A stretch of 64,000 nucleotides of DNA from Selaginella moellendorffii (lineage: Eukaryota > Plantae > Lycopodiophyta), in NCBI RefSeq assembly GCF_000143415.4, contig NW_003314280.1, forward strand, positions 1,235,193-1,299,192. The letters are read 5' to 3'. Shown here piece after piece: positions 38,721 through 52,640 of this stretch. The position numbers and the translations under genes were made by a program. The notes beneath the pieces were generated by a model. That model had not been told where the DNA came from. It did not search any database and was given only the letters and a program-made list of their open reading frames with translations. Positions within the stretch are counted from its first letter, which is position 1, and each line of letters opens with the position of its first letter.

Positions 38721-39775
38721 TATAGAAATCCTTGAAATGCAGAATTAAGCACGCATAAAATATTCTTGCTCAGAACTGACTTTAACTAAGAGGTGGCGTC
38801 AAGTGAACCTGCTCATGTGCCACACATAGAAAACAACCTTTATCAAATGTACGCCAATTCTCCTAATGGTACCTTAAGAGTCACCAACTGCATGAGATAG
38901 GCCATCGGTGTTTGCATTGCTGGCAATATATGACCTCATAATCATACTCAAGCATTATTCCAGTAACTGAAACCCTGATTCTATTATTCATTTAGTTTCT
39001 CTTGGTTATGAACCTGCTGGAATACAAAACGCAACTCTCACTATGCATATCAGGCAACATCCCGGCACTAGTAAGAATAGAGTGCAAAGAGGAAGATACA
39101 AATTCCAACTCCTAGACAGCAAATTGGTTTGCCTTGTCAACACAAGTGTTGACCACTACTTGAAAGTCGTCCAGGCACATGAAGTGAAAGAAATCTTGGA
39201 GAAGTTCCACACAGGTGCACCTTTCCAGAAACTGCATGTTCACAAACATCAAGCTTCACTACTAGTGAAAAGGTATGAAGGCAGTGTAGGGAAGTTTATA
39301 AATGCATCTTTACATTGCAAGCCAACTCACAGTCACACATGTTGAGCATCCAGTGTGCCTGTATTAGAGCCATTTGCAAGGATAAACCTAAGCAAGCCAC
39401 AACATCTAATGCTTGACATGCCAGCTCTGGAGGAGAGCCTAGACTTCGTAAAATACATTGAGCATTTAGCCAAGAACTGTAGGACTTGAGCTGAGCATGC
39501 AAAAACTAACATTTGACATGAGCAGGAACATTATGCTAGAAACTTCAACAAGAGAATTGCCAAGCATGTGTATTTCTGAAGATCATTCAACAAGGTGTCC
39601 AAGGATGGAAAGGCTAGGTGAAGTTTGAAGGACCATTCATCATTACTTAGCAAATTCACAAGTTGAAGTTCTGGGTATCAGCTCAAGGCAATGTAGAAGA
39701 GAGGTATTAACCTCGGAAATGAGATATGACACACTCAACTTTGACCCCTCCACATTGTCAACGACTCAGCTGGCC

Positions 39776-39960
39776 TATAGTGGCCCATATTGATCCATAG
39801 GAGGATTTGAGGCAAGTCCTTTGTTAGAGGACATGTACAACACTAATGCAGTTGGGAATCTGACATGGGGAGATGGGGTTGTTAGTGGGGGTATTATCCT
39901 GGAGGAGTTCTTGGCTGATACTAGAAGATGCATGGTATGGGAAGCTTTAGGACGTGGAGT
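39776..39960 (-). repeat. LTR-end remnant related to 31365-31532
   Basis: Shares cctcctatggatcaatatgggc and atgcatctt..attagccaagaactc in reverse orientation. Confidence 0.5.
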
Positions 39961-41960
39961 CTTGGGTTGGCAAAAGTTGGGAATACGTGTACAAGGTGAG
40001 TTTCTTTGCAAGGCAACATCTTCCAATGTGCCTTGCATGAGCTTAAACCCATTTTAGAACTACAACAATGTATTTTTTCAATATTAATTTTTAGCAAGGG
40101 TATATTATATTTTAAGTAGCCACTAATTAATGAAAATTGAACTTATATGCCATTTGCTATTTGCTCTGATACTATATATAAGATTCAAAAATCAATGATG
40201 ACAATATATTAATCACATACACTACACATTACTATAAATATTTTTAGTTTTTTTATACTTAAGAGATTCAATAGCATCTTCATATAACATGATTCAAGTA
40301 CTGTAAAAAAATAAAAATAAAAAGTAAAATAAAAATCAGAAATCAGTCCAAAGTTGCCAAGTACTTGGCTTTAGGCTTGATTGGCTTGATAGGTAATATT
40401 TAATCATCAATAAAAATTTTAAAATGATTTCTTGGGGAGGAATAGGATTGGAAATATAAACTAGATTGAGTAAGGGTCACTATGTGTATAGTGTCCTCTC
40501 ATGGAATGCCATTGTCATAACTTAGCTCAAGAATAAGATGTAAAGGATTAGTGAGACTGATCTAGGCAAGGTTTGATCAAGTTTGAGAGTGATTTGTAAA
40601 ATAAATAAAAAGAGGAACTTTAGCTAAAGCATGAATATGACAAGCAATGTATAAGTTTTTGGAATTTGTAAGCTTTTAAATTTGAATTTCCCAGGAGGTC
40701 GACAATTGTGCCTTTGATTTCAAACAATTTTCCTTCTTAATTATATTTAACAACTCCAAGATTGATGTAGTGTGACTCTTCATTTCCAAGCCAAGAGAGC
40801 TATAGTGATTTAGCAAGAGTGTAAATCGAGTGTTTGATTGTTATTTATAATGAGTATCATGCCTCCATTTCGGTAGTGATCAATTGTTCCATTGATTGTG
40901 TCATTACAGACTAGAACACCAAGTTCTGCAATGTGAAGGGGTGGACCCCCAACTCTGGCAGCTCCTCTGACCGCAACACCATCCATATAGGGGCAAGTTC
41001 CTGGTGTTCTACCAATTGCCTTTGAGCAGGAAGAGTGATGTGTTGCATTGCATATATTGTAGCATATAAGCAATATTCAACATGTTTTCATCTTCTCAAG
41101 ATTGCAACTCTGCCAATAACATTTCCTCCCCACCACAATCAGAGCCAACACTACATTAGCAAGTTACTGGGCAAAACACAAATCCTTCTAGTCTAGCCCC
41201 AAATCTTGTAATAGTTTCCACATAGGCTTTTAGTGCCATGCGAAATAGTAGTAGTCGCAGCCCACATAGAAGCACGATGAAGACAAGGTCTATGAGTGCT
41301 TCTGCAACCCCATCCACCTCCCAAGGAAGGAAGTAACCAATTAGTGTAAGTGTTTTTTCCATCTTATTGTTTCAAATGGCTCAATTGTACCTTTGTTACC
41401 AAGATGATTTGACCACTCCATTGGCACACCATTTATTTAGTCATTGAGCCACCTCCCCTTCCAGTTCATCCTCCTCATCCCTTGGCACTTTTGGTCATGC
41501 CATTACACACTGTGTTGCTTAGCCACCTTCCCGTCAAACCATAGGTAATCTCACTATGTTGTAGCTTCCATGTTCTTAGTATGCTCACATGGTATTGGCA
41601 ATGCAGAGCCTTTCTCTGCTTGTTGCAATAGTGCAAACCTTTGCTAACAATAATCGGCAAAGTTTTTCCTCTCGATGTGGACATCCTAGAAGATGCTTTA
41701 GAATTCTAGTTGGTGTTGCTAGCTAAATATTAAATGTTCCACGCACTCTAACAACAATGTTGATCATTAAGTTCATTGCCGTTCTAATGTCTTGGTACCT
41801 ACATTACTTAGCTGACATAGGGAACTATAGTCAAAGGATAGGCCTTAAGAGATACACTATTAATTGATATAAGGGCTTTTATACACAGATCAAGGCAGTC
41901 TAAAAGTACCTAACAGTCTATAAAAGCTCAGAAATTTTGAGAGAACTCCTATTGCCCATG

Positions 41961-43312
41961 TGTCGCGAATGTGACTTCGGGTATTGAAAGTTACTTGTCA
42001 GCTAGTCCTTACAAACACTCTTTCCTTATTGCCACAATAGCAGGAAGTCGGTATTACTAAACCCTTTATCAGTCCCTCTTGTGCTAGTGGAGTTAACTGG
42101 GCATTTCGAGTGTCCTTAGATGAGACGAGCACAAGGACAGAATTCCTACATATTATTAGCTAAACATACTTAGCTCAGTAAGGAGTTCCCATCTCGTTGT
42201 GTTTTGCACTGGCTAGTGACAAGAATCCTCGCATATTGAGACTAGTCCCTCAATATTGCTAGATGATAGCTTACCATGTTTGCCAAACACCCTTGCTATT
42301 ATGCCTTTTGTATTAGTCTCATTCCAGTCCCAAATGCTATTTATAGAAAGTGTCTAGATTTACTCATTTGGCATATCTATGGAATGTAGAAATTATTTTG
42401 AACACAATGGTGTTTATCCTGTGTCCAAATTTGCAATCTAGGGACATTCCATATTTAGTAAGTTTCGAACTTGTCCTAGAGACTAACTCCTAGTACTAAG
42501 GGAGGCTTGGGGTGAAAGCCTAAAGCATGTGTTCCTCAAGGGGGAGTGAGGGCTATAGGGGGTTCTAAATATATAGTAGGGATAGTGGGTAGGTCAGGCA
42601 TGGTTGACCAACTTAAGGTATAGTTTAGCTCTCACTTACGTGTTTATTTTTGTTCTGCATTTGACTTGAGTCTAAACCCAAGTTCCATTCCATGCTAGCT
42701 AGTGGAATACCTATATCCTTGTGTTCGGCCACCAGTATGCTGAAATAGTGCCAGACTCTATTTGTCTCTGTTTTGCATGCTAGTCCTAGTATTGGGATGC
42801 TGAATGCTCTAGAACTATTCCAAGTCACTCTGTGCTCCTATCCCTTTGCTCCTTGGGTCGAGCGTTAGAGTGAAGGTTGGGAGCGATGGAGATGTGAGGA
42901 GAGACTGCACGGCGTTTAATCGGTAGTCTTCCATTTGAACATGGAGAGTGTGAGACTCTAGCTGTATACGCAGGAGTTGCTTCGTGGTCCAGTTTCCTTC
43001 GCTCCTCAGCTCCATGCTCGAGAGTTTGGCACCGTTCCTTCGTTTAGTGGCCCAAGGCCCTGAACCTCGAGTTCCACACCACTGTCTTATGGACACGTGG
43101 CATGTGACATGTGGCACATGGAGGGTTTAGGTTCTACTTCCGTGGTTATCCTATGGTAAATCACTATAGGATAAAGGGTAAAAAATAATGTACACTACAT
43201 TTGATATCAAAGGATACATCTCAACAAGTACTATCCAATGAGATTGGGCAACTAATCTCGTTGCATACGCAGAGATGAAAATGATGATCCAAGTGGGTAC
43301 ATGTTTGGGTGC
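41961..43312 (+). mobile_element. Element F: 5' LTR (41961-43199), degenerate PBS and ~110 bp of leader, interrupted by element E
   Basis: TG..CA LTR homologous to 44808-45943. The leader matches 45944-46056, then switches to a new LTR start. Confidence 0.88.
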
Positions 43313-43762
43313 TATTGCGAATGTTACTTTGGGTATTGAAAGTTACCTGTTGGGGGGATGGTCCAAAGTTGAGTTGAGCTCATGAGTTGAGCTCAATTCA
43401 GCTCAAGTCAATGCTAGTCAACATAGTCAACGATAAGTTTTATAAGGAAATATTAAGTCAGAAAAATGTTATTCTTTGGTGAACTTGAAATTTATGAGTT
43501 TAAGTATCAATGGTTCAGAGAGATTTTTATTTTTTGAATCTTTCTAATGTAGTTTATACAATTTCTAGAATTAGAAGTTCGTCTGAACCCATAGAAATTT
43601 TTGGGCTTTATTGGTCCCAAATAAAATGGGAATATTGAAGTTCGAATGAACTGGAAAATTTCTATTGTACATTTCAACATTTTAACATTTCAACAATTGA
43701 CCAGAAATATATAAATAATTCAAAACACTGATTCACTCGTTCATTCTTTAGGGTTTATAGAG

Positions 43763-43999
43763 ATGGGAAGCAAGGAAGACAAAAAATCTGTAAATAGTTC
43801 TAGCATACAGAATGTGAATTTTGTTTCACTACCACAATCTCCATATTACACGCCTGGTCCTTATTACCCATCCGGGAATGTGGAGACCACTGTCACTATT
43901 GATAAAAATGCTCTTGTTACTTCCGAAACAACAATCCAGAGCAAGAGAAAAGAAGAAATGGACAGCACAGCGGAAAGCACTAATAAATCCACTCTATAA
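43763..43999 (+). CDS. Small hypothetical ORF (78 aa) inside the MULE
   Basis: ATG-initiated ORF in AT-rich DNA with TATAAATA about 50 nt upstream; no recognised domain. Confidence 0.3.
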   Translation: MGSKEDKKSVNSSSIQNVNFVSLPQSPYYTPGPYYPSGNVETTVTIDKNALVTSETTIQSKRKEEMDSTAESTNKSTL

Positions 44000-44438
44000 A
44001 CCTTTCAATGGCTTTTGTAATCCACAAAAATATTATAAAAAAATGTAAATTTTTTATATATATCTTATTCCTTTTGATATGTTGGTCTTTGCAAAGATAT
44101 ATGATGTAGACAAATCAAAGAATTAAATCTATATATGATTTTGGGATTGAAAGGTAATCTTGCAAAAAGGCATACTCGCGTGCCTGTGTATATTCGCTAT
44201 TATTATATATGGCAGGCCAACTATATAAAATAAGGCTACATATTAATTATATGCTAGTTTTTAGCTTTTGAAACCCTATAGCCACTTGTTTCTCATAGTA
44301 GGTTGTAATTACTAAGACTGACAATTATCATTCACTATAGTGTCATGTCATAATAAAACATCATTCCCGAGATTGAAATATAGTATATTAATGAGAGAAT
44401 TCTTATTGCTAGGAAGTTTAATTCTTCTTGTGTGTTGC

Positions 44439-47400
44439 AATGGTTAGGAAGAAGTTTACTTTTGGTCCCGAAGGCCTCTCATATGAGTCTCCACCTCCAT
44501 CTCCAATCTCAACTAATAATCCACCTTCACCTCTACGCAACAATCCTCCTTTTTATTTTGAGGGTTATTGTGAGGCTCTTCCATTTGCGACCTCGAGTGC
44601 AACTGAACAAAAACTCCTTCCTTATGATGTTGTTAAAAAAGTTAGATTGCCTCCAATGCTTCAAGAGCGATGTCAATATTTTCTTCAAGATCTTGCTCCA
44701 GATATGGCAGGGGAGCTTAATGTAGATACATATTATCTTCAGTGTCCTATATGCAACTTTTATTTAAACAAGAGGGATGGTTGCATGGGTTTGGTAAATT
44801 GTATTGATGTCGCGAATGTGACTTCGGGTATCGAAAGTTACCTGTCGGCCAGTCCTTACGGACACTCTTACCTTACTGCCACGATGGCAGGAGGTCGGTA
44901 TTGCTGGACCCGTTATTAGTCTCTGCCTAAGCTAGTTGAGAAACTGGTCATCACATGTGCACTTAGACCGAAAGGGCACTAAGGAAGGAAATCCTAAGTT
45001 GTCATTTAGTCAAGCAGACTTGACACGGTGATGAGAAACTCATGATGTTGGCTTGCACTTGCTAGTGTTGGGAACCCCCACGATATTGAGCTTGGTCCCT
45101 CAATATCGCTAGATGATAGCTTACCGTGTTTGCCAAACACCCTCGCTATCATGCCCTTTGTGTTAGTTTCATTTCGGTCCCAAATACTATTTATGGAAAG
45201 TGTCTAGATTTGCTCATTTGGCATATCTACGGAATGTAGAGATCGGCCTGATCACAATGGTGCTCGTCCCATGTCCAAATTCGCAATCTAGGGACATTCC
45301 ATATTTAGTAAGTTTCGAGCTTGTCCCAGAGACTAACTCCTGGTACTAAGGGAGGCTTGGGGTGAAAGCCCAAAGCGTGTGTTCCTCAAGGGGGGGGGGG
45401 GCTATGGGGGGGTTCCAAATGTATAGTAGGGATAGTGGGTAGGTCGGGCATGGCTGACCAACCTGAGGCATAGTCTAGCTCCCGCTTGTGTGCCTGTCCT
45501 TGTTCTACGTCCGGTTTGGGTCTAAGCCCAAGTTCCATTCCATGCTAGCTGGTGGAGTACCCATATCCTCGCGTTAGGCCACCGGTATGCCGAAATAGCG
45601 CCAGACTCTGTTTGGCTCCATTTTGCGTGTTGGTTCTGGCATTGGGATGTTGGTTGCTCTAGGACTGTTCCAAGTCGCTCCGGGCACCTGTCCCTTCGCT
45701 CTTTGGGCTATATGCGGTTCGGTTCCATCACTCCTTGGCTCTATGCTTGGGAGTTTGGCACCGTTCGTTCGTTCAGTGGCCCAAGGCCCTGAACCTCGGG
45801 TTTCTATGGACACGTGGCATGGACATGTGGCATGTGAGACGTGGCATCTGTCACGTGGCACAAAGAGGGTTTAGGTTCTGCTTCGTGGTGTTATCCTATG
45901 GTAAATCACCATAGGATAAAGGGTCAAAACCACGTGCGCTACATTTGGTATCAGAGGATGAGTCTCAGCGAGTACTATTCAATGAGATTGGGCAACTAGT
46001 CTCGTTGCATACGCAGAGATGAAAATGATGATCCGAGTGGGTACACGTTTTGGTGCAAAGACTTCGCATTGGTTCCTTGGGATAGGTTTTGGTTACCTTT
46101 TTGTTCCATATTATGTGAGCTTGCTCTTGGGCTCATAAGAAGGATTGAGTTGTTCCAGTAGCATGAGTTTGCGCTTAGGCTCGTGAGTGAGGAAAATTGC
46201 AACTCGAGGTTACACTTTGAGTTGGCAGGATTAATGTTAGCCTATCGATGGTTCCATGAGTTGTTCCATGTACCATGGGTGAAAATAAACTTTCCCTGGG
46301 TTTGCTATGAGTGGCAAATAGGTTGGTCCATAGCTGTTTAGCACGGCACTAGTAGATCCTTCCTAGGCATGATTATAATTGGATCAATCAAGACTGTAGG
46401 GAACAGTCTATTGGTTCAAGTAATCATTGCCGTGCTCTCTCATAAACTTTTCTTCGATTGAACTGAAGGCAGTGTGAAAGCAAGCTTGAGGTTTGGTCAA
46501 AGATGAGACGAAAAGAGAGTCGGGGACGGAGGATCAAATACGTAAATCATTTTCTCTTCTTGGAGAGATGATTTGCAACGAGGTGTTAACTCATTGCTTG
46601 TGTTCACATTATGCAATCAAGAGTCCCTACCTTGATGCATGTTGGAAGTGATGGTCTTACAAGTGGTGAGTTATGGGATGGATAATGGTGAAACACTAAA
46701 CCATTTTATCTAAGCTCGCTATTGGAAGACTTGGGTTGCAATGCTCAATTCTTTTCCGGGGAACTTTGCTATTGCTCATTGAGTAGCTTGGTGTTGGATT
46801 AGTTTTGAGATTGGTCGGAAAGAGAGTGGCATGAGCTTGTCTGTGTTGTGAACAAAAGTTAGTGGTGTTGGGTGTCATAAACCTCTATTAGTGGAGTGTG
46901 GCATTTATGTTGCATTTTGGCGAATCGAGTTGGCATTTGATACTCACATAAACGTTTGAAGTAATGACATAGGCATTGCTCATTGCGTTACTCAATTAAT
47001 GATCAAATCATTGTGATATTTATATCATATCTATGTGATAATGAGCAATGTGTTTACTAAGTTGCTTGGTTAAATGATGATCAACCCCAAAGTGGTTGAT
47101 GGAGAAACTAGTCTACTTGCACGAAGTAGCATTGTAGTAGCTTTGACTGGATTCTCTATAGCGGTCCATTATGCTAAGCTTAAGTTGGTACCTTGTTTCC
47201 TTAAGTTTGCTCACTAAGGTGTTAAAAAAGGGTTGTAGCATTCATTTGCTATAGCTTGTCGGTTGATCCGTTAGCACTTGGAGTAGATTGTTGGATGGAA
47301 AAGATGTGGAGTTGGGGCATTGACGTCACTAACACTTGTGTTAGTGGAAGTGGCATTGTTATTTTAAGTGATGAGGAATTTTCCTTGGACCTTGATTTTT

Positions 47401-50400
47401 CCATGTCATTTTTCTTGTTAGTGTTTTGGCTTCACATTGGATCTTGAAGGTGATTGAAGAAGAGTGTTAGTGCAATATGGATATCCGAAAATGTGGTCTT
47501 CGTGATCAAGCCTTGGATGTTCATTTTGCACTTTGCAGATGTCGATGTTGGATATCGGTTAGATGGGCAAAGATGTTCGAGGCTTAAGCATATTATGGGT
47601 CATGAGAATTGGTGTTGAAGTGAACCTATGTGAAGTTGTTGGTAGGAAGAAGTTGGTTGAGTCTTGAAAGTTTGCAATCCTGGACTGAGAATCATTCTTT
47701 CTCTAGGATGGGAAATTTTCCACAAATTTTCTTAGACTTTTCCAATGGCTGATCTATTAATCATTTTGTCCGAAAACCATTCTGTTTTCGAAGGCTAGTA
47801 CAAACTAGTGAAGGGGTTGGAGTTGACTTCGGTTAACTTAGACCTTGGTAGGTAGTTTGTATGATGCAACCTGAAAGGGATGTTGACTTTTGGGGCTAAA
47901 GCAATTGAGTTGGATAGAGTCTAGAGTTAGTGTAGAAAAGTGGCCGTAGCACTTTTCTAAGAAGGGTGACTCTTGTGCCTTTCTTTTGTAGCATTATGCT
48001 CGGTGGCAGGTTGCACCTTGCATTTCGCTAAGACTCTATGAGAGTAATGAGCTCTCACTGATCTTGACTTAGTCTTGGTAGCCCTGCACCTTGGCTGAGG
48101 ATGGTGATGTCCAACTTAGTTGTTTGAGGTTGAGATGTTGGTACCCATACTATAGCTTTGTCTATGAGGAGGTTGTGTACCGATATGAGTCCATCTTATG
48201 GTCTTCACTTTAGTTTCGACTGAGTGTTGATTGCATAGCTAACCTCTTCAAAGCATGCTCAGAGATAGTGGCTAAATGTTTTAGTGAGCTTATTGCGGTT
48301 GAGTTGGATTTGAGTGGTCATTTAGTTTGTGCATGTCTATGAACTTTTATCTCGTACCTGGGGTATCACGTTCATATTGGGCAAGTATATAACTTGATGA
48401 CAAGAGTTGGTGTTTGGGTCTTGTGAAGGCAAGTTGAGGAGTGATTGTTAGTTGCTTTGTGACTAGTGATTACTTGTAGACTTCGTCAAGGACCGTTGAC
48501 ACTTGCTTTGCTCGATGATGATTTAGCAGTGATGGGCTTGCTTTACCGGATAGTGTTGCGGAGGATCGTGTCATTAGGCTGGCATGGTTTTTCCATGTTG
48601 GCATGTCAATTCCTTTGTCGATATCATTTGGTTACGTTTGGTTTATAGTGTTGGATTTCATTGAGTCTTGGATGTGGTGATTCACTCTTTGATGAAATGT
48701 TATCTGTAACTGAGTATTGCTGAAGGATTGGTCTCGGATACTAAGTATAGTATCTTCGACTTTTGTTAACTTGGTTGCTGGAAAGCTCCGAGTGGTGATT
48801 CACTCTTGCTTTCTTCTAGCTTTGTCCTAATGTTGATGGCATTGAAGTGATGCCTTGTCATTGATATTGTTGATATTGAGATCTGAGTGAAATGAGATAT
48901 CCTTCCAAGGATTGATATTGAGTTTCATTAGTCTTGATGAATATAGTGTTGATGATTTGGCTATAGCTTTGTGTTGTTGGCATTCGTGCATTTGCTAGTT
49001 AGCAACTGTATTGACGTTCAAATGAACTGAGTGGCAAGTTTGAGTTAGTTGTGTTCTAGATGAGATTGTTTCGTAGGGGTTGAGCTTTAGCTTTTCCTTG
49101 AAAAATGATTTAGTCGTGAACTATGCTAACTTCACGAGAGGAAGAATTAGTGTTCAATATTAAACAATTTGAGTCCCTATTGGATTTGAGTTGGACTATA
49201 TCTATCATTGATGATTCTTCTTGTGCTTGTTATGAAGTGAATTACGTCTTGCTATAGATGGATTCATAGAGGATCGTTTGATGATCATTTGTTAAGCATA
49301 GCTTCGTTATGCTTAGCTTTTGGATTGATGCAGACATGCTCTTCATTAGCTTTAGCATTATGAAGTTTGGCTTATGGATGTGTTAAGGAAGATATTGTGA
49401 GTTGCATCACGTTTTCTTCTTTAGCATTGAAGTTAGTTTCTATGAGACTCATGATCATTATTACACAAGACTTAGCTATAGGCTTCTTTGAACTTTTGGT
49501 TCCTTGAGTTTTCATGCTCATTGTTCCATTTGTTAGAAGTTGTTGGGGAAGGCATTTTGGCTCATTAGCTTCGATGTTGAAGTTGGCTTTGCATCTAGCA
49601 ATCATTGGTGATGATTGACTATCATCTAGGGTAGTTGATTGTCCTTATCACAAGTTTTGCTTGATTATTGTTGGTTTGGAATTATTTGCTATTCTTCGGG
49701 ATGGTACATTCTTTCTTCAATGATGATTATACATCACTACATTGATGGGTTAATTGACGATCTTTCATGATAGTTGGTTATTCTCTTTGATGGCTTTTGG
49801 CTTTTCGCAATACCACATGTTCTTTGTGGTTTGCTCTGGATTGGTCTCTTGGGTTTGAGACGTCAGTAGGATGTTGCTGACACTTGCTTAGGCAACTTGA
49901 GTTCCTTGGTATTGTTGGCTGGGATCTATTCAGATTGGCTTTTGTGATAGTTGGCAAGCATGAGTGTTTGTTGGTCTTACCACATTCATTCTCTTCTGTT
50001 GATTGTTGCTCGAGTTAGTTTTGATAGATTTGGATGTTATTTCCTTTGGGTGATACATTCGCGAGCATTGTGCTTGTTAGTCAATGATACTTTGTGTTCT
50101 TTGAGTTATCTCTAGTAAGTTGTTGGCTTACTGTCTGCTATCTTCGGTAGTTAAGTTTTATCATTGAGTTTACTTGATGATATACTTGCTATTGAATTTT
50201 GTTGGATGGTGAATCCTATGTTTTCCAATGATAGTGATCTTAGTGGTTCCTATACTGTAATACTAGTTTATCAGATGATAACATACTTGGAATACTTGTG
50301 TGTTCTAATATAAGATTTATTCACTGATAATTCCGACTCTAAGATATCATTGTCTATGACTTTGATATTGTCCATCTATTGATCTTTGAGTTTGGGCCAG

Positions 50401-52202
50401 TAATAGGCAGGCTAGCTTCGGCACTTTGTGTGCATGTTGAAATCTCTAGTCATGGGGTAGCTACTGTTGACTGGTCACATAACCCGCCTCTCTGTCGATG
50501 TTCCTTATTCCGTTGAAAGGGCGTGACCGTGTAAACAACTCTAACTGCCTGTTTACAGTAGTCTATCTAAACCTTACCAACGGGTTTGGTTTCTTTGCTT
50601 AGGAGGGTTGGGGCCTCTGGCTTCTCTCTCTATGTTCCTACGGGCAGGGGCATATCACACTTTTGTAGCTGGGTGACCCCCAGAGCAGTAAGGGTGGCTG
50701 ACTTCGTTGGTCATTTCCTTGTTGGCGACGGCCGGAAGGTGTCTGAGCTGGTAGCGCATCCGCGTTAGACAAAGAGGTTGCCTCCTAACTCATTTAAGTT
50801 GGTGCATTTCTCACATAGTGTGAGTACCATGAACTTTTTATGGAGTTGTTTCTTTGGCGGTATTCTAGATTTGAGTATGCATCGACGAGGACGTCAATCT
50901 TCCTAAGGGGGGGAGAGTGTCGCGAATGTGACTTCGGGTATCAAAAGTTACCTGTCGGCCAGTCCTTATGGACACTCTTACCTTACTGCCACGATGGCAG
51001 GAGGTCGGTATTGCTGGACCCGTTATTAGTCTCCGCCTAAGCTAGTTGAGAAACTGGTCATCACATGTGCACTTAGACCGGAAGGGCACTAAGGAAGGAA
51101 ATCCTAAGTTGTCATTTAGTCAAGCAGACTTGACACGGTGATGAGAAACTCATGATGTTGGCTTGCACTTGCTAGTGTTGGGAACCCCTGTGATATTGAG
51201 CTTGGTCCCTCAATATCGCTAGATGATAGCTTACCGTGTCTGCCAAACACCCTCGCTATTATGCCCTTTGTGTTAGTCTCATTTCGGTCCCAAATACTAT
51301 TTATGGAAAGTGTCTAGATTTGCTCATTTGGCATATCTACGGAATGTAGAGATCGGCCTGATCACAATGGTGTTCGTCCCATGTCCAAATTCGCAATCTA
51401 GGGACATTCCATATTTAGTAAGTTTCGAGCTTGTCCCAGAGACTAACTCCTGGTACTAAGGGAGGCTTGGGGTGAAAGCCCAAAGCGTGTGTTCCTCAAG
51501 GGGGGGGGGCTATGGGGGGGTTCCAAATGTATAGTAGGGATAGTGGGTAGGTTGGGCATGGCCGACCAACCTGAGGCATAGTCTAGCTCCCGCTTGCGTG
51601 CCTGTCCTTGTTCTACGTCCGGCTTGGGTCTAAGCCCAAGTTCCATTCCATGCTAGCTGGTGGAGTACCCATGTCCTCGCGTTAGGCCACCGGTATGCCA
51701 AAATAGCGCCAGACTCTGTTTGGCTCCGTTTTGCGTGCTGGTTCTGGCATTGGGATGTTGGTTGCTCTAGGACTGTTCCAAGTCGCTCCGGGCCCCTGTC
51801 CCTTCGCTCTTTGGGCTATATGCGGTTCGGTTCCATCACTCCTTGGCTCTATGCTTGGGAGTTTGGCACCATTCGTTCGTTCAGTGGCCCAAGGCCCTGA
51901 ACCTCGGGTTTCTATGTACACGTGGCACGGACACGTGGCATCTGTCACGTGGCACAAAGAGGGTTTAGGTTCCGCTTCGTGGTGTTATCCTATGGTAAAT
52001 CACCATAGGATAAAAGGTCAAAACCACGTGCGCTACAATTAAGCATTGTCGCAAATGCCCAAGAGCGGGTTTGGAAGGTGTGCACACGTGGATGTATAAG
52101 AAAATCAAGAAAAAATTAAAAATACACAGCTATTATGATTTCATGGTGGAAAACAATATTCCATTAGTGAACACTGCATCAATAAGTATCAATAAGTGCT
52201 GA
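44439..52202 (+). pseudogene. MULE cargo ORF with a CxxC...HxxxC zinc-finger-like motif, interrupted by element D (44439-44807 joined to 52043-52202)
   Basis: Removing D and one TSD gives an open frame: ...LQCPICNFYLNKRDGCMGLVNCI(K/E)HCRKCPRAGLEGVHTWMYKKIKKKL...INKC*. Confidence 0.65.
44808..52037 (+). mobile_element. Non-autonomous LTR element D (LARD-like)
   Basis: Near-identical LTRs 44808-45943 and 50918-52037; PBS TGGTATCAGAG at 45946; PPT about 50905-50917; TSD ATTGA/ATTAA. ~5-kb interior has no ORF over about 80 aa. Confidence 0.92.
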
Positions 52203-52640
52203 ATATGGGATATTTAGGTCACCCTTTAATGTAATGTGAAAGTCATGCATAGTTTTTTCAAAAGGTTAATTCTTTATGAGTAAAGTGGAGAATCTTATAT
52301 TTTCGAGAATGATATTATTCTAGCATGTATAAAGATATTATTATATATACAAGTGGTTATGACACTGTTATAATTTTGAAGTCCCATTTTTGAGACTGAC
52401 AATTTAAACTTTCAAGAACCCCTAGATCTTTTCTTANNNNNNNNNNNNNNNNNNNNNNNNNNNNNNNNNNNNNNNNNNNNNNNNNNNNNNNNNNNNNNNN
52501 NNNNNNNNNNNNNNNNNNNNNNNNNNNNNNNNNNNNATTATACATCCCCCCCCCCCCAAGCCCCCCTTTCTACTTTTTTTTATTAACAAAATTGTATTAC
52601 CTATAGATAATAAACTGATAATACTAGTAATTATGAAATT

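Noticed and set aside
40800-41700. Coding-like minus-strand fragments
   Set aside because: No recognisable motif; frames are broken.
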